This document shows, piece by piece, positions 14,201 through 28,100 of a stretch of DNA of 64,000 nucleotides (the stretch's first letter is position 1; every line of letters begins with the position of its first letter). Position numbers and translations under genes: made by a program. The notes below the pieces were generated by a model. It had not been told where the DNA came from and ran no database searches. It saw nothing but the letters and a program-made list of their open reading frames with translations. Source of the DNA: Chrysomallon squamiferum (taxonomy: Eukaryota > Animalia > Mollusca); contig CM022678.1 in NCBI GenBank assembly GCA_012295275.1, forward strand, positions 13,516,001 through 13,580,000. The letters are read 5' to 3'.

Positions 14201-15382
14201 TAATTTTAATTTTATTTATTTAAATTTATTTGGATATCAATAGTAGAGTATTGTAAATTTAACATATGTATATATTTTTTTTTTCTAAGCTGAAAATATC
14301 CAGCAAAGTCTAACATAAAAAAAATATAATAATAAACATATAGTTTAATTTGTTTGTTTTTGTAAATAATCATATAATAAAATTTTAATATATGAGTTAT
14401 AAATTATCTGGTTTTAGTAACATGTTCTCTATTTAGTTTTTGTTTGTTTTAGGATTCCAAGACAAATTTGATTGAAATGAGTCTTGATTTGAAGAATTTC
14501 AAACCAGGACAAAATGAAATCCAAGCATTCTGTCCCCAGTGCTGTGTTCTTATATCAAAATATCCTTATTTTTATGCAATGAGGGAATGTTTGTCATAGT
14601 GAGTCATAGTTATTAAGTTTTTAAAGTTATAATCAAAAATAATAATAATAATAATAATAATTACTTTCACATTACTCTTTGTAACAGATTATATATATTT
14701 TTAATATTAAATAAATTACAGATTATCTTGTTAAAATAGAAATAATACTAGTGATATTATGAAAATAAAATAAAATTTCTTTTATTAGAATAATAAATAA
14801 TAAATAAACAAATGGTTGGCGTCAGCATGAAAGGAGTTAAAAGAACATGTCTGTTGAGTTATGCATGCAACAAATTTGTTAAAATGATAACCATAAACCT
14901 TAAATGGTCTGTCATTAGCAAAAACATTCTTTTGTCTCTTTATTCAGTGATTACTCAACTGTCATGTCATTCAATCATTATTCATTCATTCGTCATTCAC
15001 CATTCCATCCATCATTAATTCATTCATCCATACATTCTTTCATTTATCTTTTCATTCATTTATTACATTATAGTATGGTGGAACATATCCAGCAAGACAT
15101 TCAGGAGATGTTTACATTTGCTAAGGAGTACACCTATTTACTAACAATGGCACCTGTGCCACCTGCAGGTGTTGTGGCAGTTGTAAGTTCACATACTTAC
15201 TGATTTTCAAAACTAGTTTCTTTTAACATTAACATTAGTCTGATTCTAATTAAAACTCCTTCTGTGTTTATAATAATACAACATCAACAACAACAACTAC
15301 TACTACTACTACTACTACTATCACAATAATTATAGTAGTACTGTTACCACTGCTACTACTGCTGCTACTATTACTACTACTG

Positions 15383-15414
<32 letters not shown>

Positions 15415-17787
15415 TCTTATAATAATGATAATAACGATAACAATAACTGATGAAATTAAATAATGATGATAATGATGATATATTAAATATGACTTAATAA
15501 TGTTAACAGTGGAAGTCATAAATAACTGCAGTAATAATAATAATAATAGTAATAATAATAATACTTAATAATGTTACAACAACAAATGATAACAAGAATA
15601 AAGAAGGACAGCTACAAAATAATCTAGACCAGGGGTCAGCAACCTTTTGGAGAGAGGGCGGGGTCAGACAGCTATGCAGTGTTTTGGAGGATGTCCAAGA
15701 TATCAAATGTATTTTATATATATATGTATTTGTGTGTGTGTGTGTGTGTATACACACTATCTGCCATTTTTAAAAATGTTTCATGTCTTTTAGTTTGTGC
15801 TTATTTTATATAGACAGATATAGATTATAGATATATATAGATATAAATATTTGAATCAACTGATTGGAAAACCATATAGATTTTAATAACATGAAAGTTC
15901 TGAATTTGTATGCTTTACAGACATTGATGCTATGTAAAGGTGAGATTATTTATTTATTTATTTAATTTCAGAGTTTCAGTCTGTTTCAGTTAGAGATTGT
16001 TTTGTATCCGTCTGAGAGCCCTGAGAAACCAGTCATTGACGTTCGCTTCATTTAGTCTTCCTCGCCTTCTCTGTCCACGATGTACTCACAATCTTCACAG
16101 CAGTACTCACAGAGCAGAGAATTGTCTTCCTTTCTTCCGTCTATGGACTGCTCACTGTAATAATGGAGGTAAGTGAGTGAGACAATACATTCTTACAGCA
16201 ATACTCATGGAGCAAAGAATTGCTTTCCTTTCTTCCATGTACTGCTGACAGAAATAATGGAACTAAATGAGTAAGCAAGTGAGTAAATGATTAATCTTAT
16301 GAATGATTAATCTCATAATCTTCATAATGCTTCTCACATAATATTCTATGCTAATAAAGAGCAAGTGAATAGACAGTCAATGTCCAGAAAAGCTTCAGTG
16401 AAATAACTGAGATTAGTAAAACAGAAAAAATACAGGAATAATCATTTATTAAACATACACACATTATTGTTTTTTTGTAAATGTAATTATTATAAAATTG
16501 TCATAAATTTATTATTAGCAAAGCTTGGTTGCCAAAAATTAATAATAACTTTATAATTTTTAATATTGATACTTCAGTATAGCTTTTTATGTTTATAACT
16601 GGAAAATGGCAGCATTAATGCAAAAATCACAGAACATTCTTGTTGATATCTTCATTATTAATTTTGTTTTCTTCAGAGTTTTTGGCACTTCATGCAGCCA
16701 TTTAAATGGAGGTACACGTATGTGCCAATTATCTGTCAAACACACCTTGACCTGCTTGAGGCTCCAGGTACTTTCATGATGGGCTGTCACTCAAAACACA
16801 AAGACATTGTTGAACAGGTTTGTATTTGTTAATTTGAGGTAAAGAAAAGAAACAATGAAATTAATCGTTTTAAATGAATAATTACTGGTAAACTAAGTAA
16901 ATCTGTTTGTGAGCTGTGTGAACACACATGCAAACAGGAACACACATACCCAGCAAACACATACACAGACTCATACTCATAAATGCACAACAAACACACA
17001 CACACACACACACACACAGAGAAAGAGTGTCTGTGTTGTATGTGTGTATATATATATATATAAATATGTGCGTCTGTGTGCGTGAGTACATGTGAGGTTT
17101 TGTGTGTATGTGTGTGTGTGTGTGTGTGTGTTTTGGCTGTGTCAAAGTTTAATTTTTTTAGGCTTTTGTTATAATTTTGTTTATATTGTTTAGATAAGTG
17201 GTCTAGTGGTTGTGGATATTGACAGTGGAACGGTTTCCATCAACTCCAGCCCAGCTAACAATTCAAACACAGACAGATCACAAACCAGTGACAAGTCTGA
17301 AAGAACACAAGATTTAGATGAGTCAAAACAAATTCCAGACATCCCCAGAGAACCAGCAGAAATCTTCAAAAAGGTGTTCACAAAAAACAAATTTCAATTG
17401 GAACTTTCCAATGTTGGGAGGTAAATAACTATTAAAGAAATAATTTTAGGTAAAAAGGGTATATAAAAAAAATTAGCCAGTTGCTAATGTGGTTACTGTT
17501 GTGTACTGTTGTTTTGTTCTTCTGTGACGCTGTATTATTACAGGTGATATATTCAGAGTTGAGCATTTTTATTTTGTTTTTACAGACCATCTTCTTACAA
17601 TCCAGAAGAAGAGAGAAATCGCAAAACTAAAATTAGACATAAGATTAACACAGAAATCAGTTTTGCCTTCTTAGAACTGATGGTCAATCTTTTCAGGTCT
17701 GTAACTTATGGTTCTGCCTTTCTGTCTGCCTCTCTCTCTCATGATTGTTTGTATCTTGAAAACTTCCTGTTTGTCTTTTTGTGTGTG

Positions 17788-17827
<40 letters not shown>

Positions 17828-19782
17828 CATGCGGGCATGCATTGATCCAGTTTCTTTCTATTTGTTTCTGACTCTTTCATGACTGTATCTAAGAACACAC
17901 CTATTTATCCTTTTTACATCCATCTATTTCTCTATTTATCCTCATCTTTTCTCTTCATGATTCAATTTAAAAATTAACTATTTACACAAAAACAAATAAA
18001 ACTATGTTTTCCCTGTTTTACTGTTGTTTCAGAGGAGTTTTGTCTGAACTTCGAATAGATCATAAATTATTTAATCAAGATGATTTCATGAAGAGTGTAC
18101 CAGAATCAAGCAAAGGATTCTATCTGAAGGTATTTCTTACAGACCATCACTTACAAAATAATAGATAAACTGACAGAGAGATATACAGAAACACAGAGAG
18201 TCAGACAGACTATATAGAAACATAGAGAGACAGACAGAAAGATAGATAGTTAGATAGATAGAAAAATAGATAGTTATATAGATAAGTAGATAGACAGACA
18301 GGGAGACAGACAGACTCAAAGACAGAGATGAATAGGTAGCTAGATAGATATACACAGAAATGGAAATGTTAATATGTATTTCACTAATTTTTTCATTCAG
18401 TTACTGTTTTAATGTGTATTTCTCTCTGACTGTCTTTTTCATTTGTTCTTTCACTGTGTTTTGCCAGGTATTTCAGACTGACATGTTTAAGACTTTTGTT
18501 GAAGAGAGACTAAGTGACAAGACAGACTTCTGGTCAGACTTGGAGGCAAAAACAAGACCATATGCCAGAAAAATGAGTGGAGTGCCGGAAACATTTCCCA
18601 GTCTAAGAGCTCAGTAAGTAAAAATAACAAAACATTTACTGTATAGTCAGAGTTTTTAAAAATGCTTATGGTGGACATCGTGGATGTGGCAGCAAGATAT
18701 GTAGTACTAATAGCAGTAGTAGAAGTAGTAATAGCAGTAGTAATAGCAAGAGTAACAGCAGCATTAGTTGAAGCTGTAATGGAAATTGTTGTAGTACTAG
18801 TAGTACTAGCAGTTGTTGTTGTTGTAGTGGTAGGAATCATAGTAGTCATAGTATTAGGTACTTGTAGTAGTAATAATAATAGAACAATTTTGAATTAATG
18901 CTGAGTTTTCAGTTTAGCATAATATAGTATTAATGCATGTGTATGTGTACTGTGTATACTTTGCCCAGAGTTTATATATATATATACAGTGGTACCTGGA
19001 CTTATGAGTGCCCAACTTATGAGTTTTCTGAGTTATGAGCAGTCACCTGGTAGATTTTTTGCTTTGAGTTGTGAGCCAAAATCTGAGTTACGAGTGAACT
19101 TCAGATATGCAGCTGCTTGTTGGCACAACAAACAACATAACATCTGGCCAGCATCCTGCATGTCACTTGTTTACATCACATGGTTACCTTGCTGTTGAAA
19201 CATCTCTGTTGTATGTGCTTGCATTTTGTGCAGTATTTTGGTAAATTTCTTTTTTCTGACCATGGATTCTAAGAAAGTGAGTGCAAAGGACAGTGCTGAG
19301 AAGAAGAAGAGGATGATGTCCACTGAATTAAAGCATGAAATCATAGAAAAACATGAGCGAGGTTTGCTTGTCGTCAACATTATGAACATAGTACTTCTAG
19401 TAGTACTTCTCCAATATGTACCATACTGAAGCAGAAGGAGTTGTTAAAGGCTATAAATTCAGCCAAAGGCGTCAAAATAATTTCTAAGCTGCAGACCTCT
19501 GTCTATGAAAAGATGGAGAAACCCTAACCCTGTTCACTTTACAAAACCAATTTATTTGTTTGCATTCTCTTTTATTTTATTTTATAAACAATATTTGTTA
19601 TTTATAAATACATTTTTTTCTTATTTAAAAACACACTGCAAAAAAATAGGGGGTGGGTTTTTTTTAGGGCATGAATGGATTAATGGTATTTCAATTAATT
19701 TCAGCTGGGAAAACTGATTTGACATTTGAGCAAAATTGAGCTCGGTCATGGAACGAATTAAACTCGTACATCAAGGTACCAC

Positions 19783-19815
<33 letters not shown>

Positions 19816-22051
19816 GTCTATGTATGTATGTGGTATATGGTGTAGTTTAGTATAAACATAACATATATAATACTGTATTGTATGGTATTGTAATGCATAG
19901 TATAGCTAATAGTCTTTGATTGCTTTTGATCAGAGTAGACACTTGTCAAATGTGGATATTTTTATAAATGGTGAAATTTATAAAAAAATAAATAAAGAGA
20001 AGTTAATGAACTAGTGTAAACTGTTATAATGATATTGCCTTTAATTTTTGAGTAGCATTAACAAGCAGAATGTTTTTTCTTCAGGTCACGGAAACGACAA
20101 ATGAAAAAACAGGTTTCAGTGTCTTTGATGCCATCATCACTGACAGCGACAGAGTTTTACATGTTTAGACTGCCAACATTAAACAGCCCAGACAAATACA
20201 TCAACACTTGTATAGAGCTGTTGTCTGAAGCATTAAAGGTTTGTAACATTTTGAATCTCTCAACTGTCATTACTCCCAGTCTAAATTTTCATAGCCATGA
20301 TTCCTTTAAAATCATTCCATAAGTCAGTGAAGAACTTTGTGTGTCATGAATATCTTTATTTCAAATCAACAAGACAGAAATTTGTAAATGTGTGTCTTCA
20401 TGTCTGTCCATCAGTCATTTTATGTGACTAGGTTTAGTTATTTACAGGACTGTCATGACCTTGAGCCTCGTGCTTCATACTTGTATCTACGTGGCATGTT
20501 TCTTCTTGTTGTGGACAGACACCTAGATGCACTGACAGATTTGTACAGCCTGGGAGCCAACAATGCAAGACTTCTGAATACAGAGTAAAGTTTTACTAGA
20601 AAAAACAAAAATAACAGTGTTTATAGTAATATATATTTGATGTTTTAACTGTAATGATTAATTGTAATGTATTAATATTAATATTTGAACATAGAGAAAT
20701 TTAAAATTCAAAATATACATATGGTAGTATGAATGAAAGGTATAGAAAATGTTCTTTAAATACGCAAGTTCTTATTTTATTGTTAAAAACAAAACATGAC
20801 AGCAAAATATAACTGTTAAACAGTAGTTGAATGCTTCCATTTTAAATCTTCACAAACAGTAGCTGTCATGTCATCATGGTAGACTAAACTGGGTTTTTTT
20901 ACAAGAATAACAGAAAATCTTAAAGGAATTTAATCTCTCTCTCAGAAGTGATGATCTTTCACTAATTATTTCTTTTTATTTATTATTTAAATATCAATTA
21001 ATTATTTTTTTATCCTCAGTCTTGTTCAGCAAGTATTAATGTTGATACCAAGAAGCAATCATGCAATAGTGAGAAAACGGTTTCGTTCATTTAACTTGGA
21101 AATGATAAAACAGTTTCTAAGTGAAGAAGAAAATGAACAGAGGCCAAGACGGGAAAGTGTTTTGTTTAAAGTGAAAACACCAGCCACAGATTTGTGTGAG
21201 TTGTGTCCACTGTTACGTGTCTCCATATTTATCAGTTGTTTGATTAAATGTGATCACAACATTAGTTAGTTTTTGTTTTGTTGTTGGGAGTTTTGTCTGA
21301 CACAGTCATAACATTTGTTTTGATTTTTTTTTTTTTCTTTACTATTTTAATCTGACACTTATAACATTTGTTTTGTCTTAGTGTAAATCTGCCATTTTAT
21401 TTTGAAACATAGTTAGCACTTCTGTTTGTTTTGAACAAATTAATAAATTACCGTAGTGTTTTGTTATGAGTGAAGAAGAGACACTCAATGCATTGTGATG
21501 GTGACTAGAATTAAGATTACCAGAATACCCGATCTTAATGTTTGGAAAACATTTAAAAAAAATTTAAAACTCTCTTTTATTTGCAAACATGTCTGATTTC
21601 TTATACGTTATCGTGCTTCTGGATTGATATCTCACTTATGTGTTTTAATATCTTCTTTTTCTTTACTGTTTTTCAAAACACAGCTACTGTTTTTATTTTA
21701 TGGTATTTTATATTTTATTCATTTCCTGCTTTTTTTTAAATTATTTATTTAGTTTTAATAAAATAACATTTGTTGATATATTCCATCTTCAACATATGTG
21801 TTTATTTTTAGACAAGGAAGAGTTTGCCAAATTGGTCATTGCTCTAAGAATAGCAGATGATTATGATACAATACTACGCTTGTTTGAGGCCCTTGGAAAA
21901 ACCAGCGAGAATGGACACTTCTGTAAGTATTATGAATATAATACAAGCTGTTTATGGTTGTTTCAAGTTTTGCTTTTTGACATTTTGAATATATATCACT
22001 GTAAGTGAATTAATATTTAAGGTTGTATGAGTCAAATGTAATGTGTATCCA

Positions 22052-22103
<52 letters not shown>

Positions 22104-25100
22104 TTTTTCTCATTCTCTGCACTGTTGTGTGTGTGTTTTTAAATTTACTACAAAAAGATGTATTTACTTTATACACATAAATCAAAAGTTTATACAAATA
22201 ATAAATAGCTGAATAAAATTTTTTTTCAGTTGTTGACAAGGAAACGTTTGAGAGTTTTTGCCTGTGTTACAAAGCAAATAACTCACAGTGTGAAAGTATC
22301 AAAATTAAAGGTGGAGATCTGACTGAGGAGGAATGTATCCTCTGTGTCTCCCAGCTCATCAAAACTGACTTCGGCACAGGCAGAATTGGGCTCACTGACA
22401 AAAGGTTAACAAACTTTTAAACTAGTGAATTAATATTACTAGTACTATTCTATTATTAGTAGTAGTAGTAGTAGTATTACTATAATATTATTATTATTAT
22501 TATTATAATTATTATTATTGTTGTTGTTGTTGTTGTTTTTGTTGTACATATTTGAATATTTCTTTTTTTTACTGCTGATTGAAACAACTAACAAATTATT
22601 CTCTGAAATGTTGAAACTATAAATAATTTTTGTATAATGTTTTACTCTTTCTAGACTGTTCTTTTTGAAAGATGTGTCAAACACATTTAAGGAAATCATC
22701 AGACTGAGGGACATTAAGGCCATTGAAAAGCAGCAGTCACGGTCAATATTAAACAAAGTCGATGTACTTGTTATTAAGAGTGAAGGTAATATGTTTTCTT
22801 TTTAAATGTTATTTTAACACCTTTTACTGTATCAATCTTTTTATTAGTCAGTTTAGTTTCAATTTAAAAAAAGAAAAGAAGAAATAAATATTTTTTGACT
22901 TTTGTATATAAAATAATAATATTTATCATAACAATTAAAATAAAGAGAAATTTGAGATAGTTACGACAACAACAATAACATAATAATATTAATAATCATA
23001 ATAATATAGTAAAATATTAATATAGATAATAATAATAAATAATAATAATAATAGTAAAACTATTAATACTAAAATGATAGTAATAATGACAATGATAATG
23101 ATGATAAAGTTCTGCTGCTCAAAATTGAAACTGTTATTAATTCATATCATTGGATGATATAAATAATAATCCACCATAAAACAAAATTCATTATTATAGG
23201 AAACAGTTTAATTAATGAACTTATTATTTCTTTGATTCACATTATAATAATATATTTTTAGATGGATCAGTTAGATTCACCTCTTCACTGAAAGATGAAC
23301 GAGATTGCTGGTACATGCTCATAGAGGAAATGAAATCAGGAAAAATTGTTGCCGAGGTGATGCGGGATCTCTCAGTCATACATCAAGCAATGCTCAATGT
23401 TCTTTTACTGAAAGCTGTAACACGAACGTGTGTTTGAGTTTTAGTCTTTGTTTTTATTTTTAAATGTAAAACTAGGCTTTTACTTTGTTTTCCTGTTGTT
23501 GTTTTTTTCGCAGGTGTTTTATATATCTACCTTTAGGATCTTCTAATATTATATTTTATTTTATTTTATGTGTGTTTTTATAATTTGATTTCTGTTCGTA
23601 TATATTTATCATAATATTATCATTGTATATTATAAATTATTGTTTAATATATATATATATATACTTCCTTTCTATTTTTTAATATTATTTACATATTTTT
23701 TACTATATGTTAATCTTATTTTGTATATTAATTTTTATAAGTATTTTATAAAATCATTTTAATTTATTGTATTTCACATATTAACAAAATCATTTTTATT
23801 TTTTATTAATTTATTATTTTAGTTTTTCATTCATTCAGTTATTCATTATTTATTTAACTTTGGATCATTTCTTCAACTGTTTATTTTTATTTACTTATTT
23901 GTTCATTAATTTGTTTGTCATTATTTCTTTGTTTAGTTATTAATTTATAAATAAATTAATTTATTTATTTATTTACTTATTTATATATTTGTTTAATTAT
24001 TTATGTATTATTTATTTGTTTGTTTGTTTTTATATTTGTTTGTTTATGTACTTGTTTATTTATTTTTATATATTTCTTTATTTATTTAATTATTATTTAT
24101 TTATTTATTTACTTATTTACTATTTATTTATTTATTATTTAATTTATTCATTTATTTATTTTTTCTTTAGTTATTTATTATTTGTTTATTTATTTATTTA
24201 TTTATTTATTTACTTACTTATTTATTTATTTACTTATTTATGTATTTATTTACCTATTTATTTATTTTGAAGCCGAGAAGCAGTAACAGTAGTAAAAGAA
24301 GAGCTGATTACAAGTGCTGTTATAAAACTTGGTTACTTCACTGAGTTTGTCAGACTTGGACGTCACAAATTACCTAAGGACACGACTGAAGCTCTTCAGC
24401 GGAGAGTGGACCCAAACTTCGGAGAACAAGAGAAGAAATCAGTTTCAACTCTTCTGTATGTCCCTGGCTGTGAGTATTTTCTTTCTCGTGTTTCATTATT
24501 TTTTCTTTTGTTTTATGTAAATTTGTAAGCTCCCATTGTATGTTATAAAATTTAAACAATTATTTATAATATTTTTCAAAAATGATTAATTAACTTTTTT
24601 TTTTTTTTTTCATTTCTCCTTGGTTGTAAGTTTGTTGGTTTTTGTGACAAATCAAGACTGAAATCAAGACTGAAATGGTAAAATGTTGCTTTCCAATCTT
24701 GGCACATTTCCAACAATTCAGCTTATCATGTGTCTATGTTTCAGCAAGCTGCAACCACAACAGTGACACTGGCACCCCACCCCGACTGTGGTGTTGCCTT
24801 GGCAATGGGAAAATCAAGTCTTTTGATGCTACAAACTGGGAACTTGAGACCAGTGTAATAAGCACAATAAAATATGTGGTTAGTCAGATTTCAGTCACAA
24901 TAAATCACTTTTACAACAACAAAAAAACATTTACAGATTTTAAAAAAGTGTATATTTTTATTTTACATGGTGTATTTTTAGTTTTTATGTATTGTTGTTG
25001 TAAAATTTTATAGCTATAGATGAAAGAAAAGAAATAATGAGATTTTTTTTGTTATTGATACATACACACACATGTAAAACTAAAAAGCTATTATTTCAAA

Positions 25101-28100
25101 GTAACTAGTGTTGTCTAAAAAAAAATTGAAACATAATTTTGCAGAACAATGAACTGTAACTATTATGATTTCTTAATAACTTTAAGACTGTATTTACATA
25201 ATACTGGTATTATTTGAAAATAAAATAAATTCTCTGTACAAATCTAAATTTCAAAAAAATCAAAAATTAAGAAGGAATAATCAAAGTGATGTCCATACAA
25301 TTTAACAATATCATGAATCATATAGTTTCATATTATAACTGGAGAGTAAGACAAACTATTTATTTAGAATTAAAGTCCAAATTTGAACAATACTTTCATC
25401 TTTAATGATGTTATAATAACTATAGTAACAGACTGACAGGCAGACATAACATTTGTTTCAGGAATGTATGGTGGCTGTTGATGACAAACAGTTGTGGGCA
25501 GGAGCTCATGGTATCTACATCATTGACATGGAAACGATGACATGTAACAAAACACTGACAGAACATCGTGACCTGGTTGTAGACATTCAGCTGTCTGAGG
25601 ATGGTAGGTAAGAGGATCTGTTTGCACCACTAATGTAGTCATGCCTTAGACTCAGAGGTTCTATGTTCATGTCTCAGATCTAGAAGCCACATATAAAAAA
25701 AGTAATATTCTTATCCTACATATGTGAATACCATAGGGAGTACCTAACACTCACCAATCTAACTTCTTCACCAAGACAAACACTGAAGTAAAATAAACTT
25801 ACAAAAAATCTTCCCTGAATAAAAAATGTATTTTCACAAATGTTTTGCCACAAATAATAAAAAAACAACATTTTCATAAATAAAGTGTATTTTCACAAAT
25901 GTTTTTAACAGAAATAATTGGGTTTTTTCCCAATAATGTGTTAGAAATAAAAAGACATTTTCACAAATGTTTTTCAGAGATAAAAAAATTCAGTAATATT
26001 TTTCAGATTTGCTTACTCGGCCAGTGTAGACAGTATGATTATTAAGTGGGAGATCAAAACGCTGAAATGTGTCACAAAGGTTGAATTAAAGTCTCTGCAG
26101 TGTTTACGATCACTTAGACTTTATGACAATAAGCTGTGGTGTGGTAAGTATTATTTTAAATATTTCGTTTTCTAGTTGTAACTGATGTATTGTCTTTATT
26201 TGTAAATATTATTTTTTCTTCTTTTGTAATTAATTGCATTATCTTTCATTTGTAATTTGTGTTATCTTTTAGTTGTAAATTATATGTTCACTTTTTTAAC
26301 TATGTTCTTTTATTCGTAATTTGTATTGCTCATATTTGTAAGTCTTTTGTTGTATCTCATTTTAAGTCATAGTAGCTTTTATTTGTAAAATATTTTAATT
26401 TCTTTGTCACTAATAATATTTGCTTTTCATTTGTAACTTATGTTATCTTTTTTATCTAAATAAGTTTTTATTTTTCCTTTGGTGAAAAATATGTGCTCTG
26501 TTTCATTTGTACTTTATGTTGGCTGCCTTTTATTTGTAACTGAACAAATTATGTCTTGCTTTGTTTATAACAAATCCTCTGTATTTTGTTCATTTGTTCT
26601 GTCTATGAATGTTTCTCTATTCTGTTATTCTGTCAGTCTGTCTTTGTGTCTGCATTCAGGAACATGGCATGCCATTATTGTGTGTGATATGAATGGTATC
26701 AAACAGCAGTCTTTTCCATGCAAGTTTGACAGAAATAAAAAAAAAATACCTGAGATAACTTGTTTTGAAATAACCAAAACAGAGGTATGTAATACAGCTA
26801 CTGCTACTAATATTACAGCTACCACCACTGCTACTACCAGAACAACAACAGCTACTATTACTGCACCTAGCACCAGTGTTGTGTTACTGCTGCTAGTAAT
26901 ACTAATACTAATACTGTTACTGCACCTAGCACCAGTGTTGTGTTACTGCTGCTAGTAATACTAATACTGTTACTGCACCTAGCACCAGTGTTGTGTTACT
27001 GCTGCTAGTAATACTAATACTGTTACAGCACCTAGCACCAGTGTTGTGTTACTGCTGCTAGTAATACTAATACTGTTACTGCACCTAGCACCAGTGTTGT
27101 GTTACTGCTGCTAGTAATACTAATACTGTTACTGCACCTAGCACCAATGTTGTGTTACTGCTGCTAGTAATACTAATACTAATACTGTTACTGCACCTAG
27201 CACCAGTGTTGTGTTACTGCTGCTAGTAATACTAATACTAATACTGTTACTGCACCTAGCACCAGTGTTGTGTTACTGCTGCTACTAATACTAATACTGT
27301 TACTGCACCTAGCACCAGTGTTGTGTTACTGCTGCTAGTAATACTAATACTGTTACTGCACCTAGCACCAGTGTTGTGTTACTGCTGCTAGTAATACTAA
27401 TACTGTTACTGCACCTAGCACCAGTGTTGTGTTACTGCTGCTAGTAATACTAATACTAATACTGTTACTGCACCTAGCACCAGTGTTGTGTTACTGCTGC
27501 TAGTAATACTAATACTGTTACTGCACCTAGCACCAGTGTTGTGTTACTGCTGCTAGTAATACTAATACTAATACTGTTACTGCACCTAGCACCAGTGTTG
27601 TGTTACTGCTGCTAGTAATACTGATACCGTTACTGCACCTAGCACCAGTGTTGTGTTACTGCTGCTAGTAATACTAATACTAATACTGTTACTGCACCTA
27701 GCACCAGTGTTGTGTTACTGCTGCTAGTAATACTAATACTGTTACAGCACCTAGCACCAGTGTTGTGTTACTGCTGCTAGTAATACTGATACTAATACTG
27801 TTACTGCACCTATCACCAGTGTTGTGTTACTGCTGCTAGTAATACTAATACTGTTACTGCACCTAGCACCAGTGTTGTGTTACTGCTGCTAGTAATACTA
27901 ATACTAATACTGTTACTGCACCTAGCACCAGTGTTGTGTTACTGCTGCTAGTAATACTGATACTAATACTGTTACTGCACCTAGCACCAGTGTTGTGTTA
28001 CTGCTGCTAGTAATACTAATACTGTTACTGCACCTAGCACCAGTGTTGTGTTACTGCTGCTAGTAATACTAATACTAATACTGTTACTGCACCTAGCACC

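Noticed and set aside
18128-18474. AGGTATTTC repeated at both ends of a DENND3 intron as an intron-gain signature
   Set aside because: Only 9 nt, four of which are splice consensus; not distinguishable from chance.
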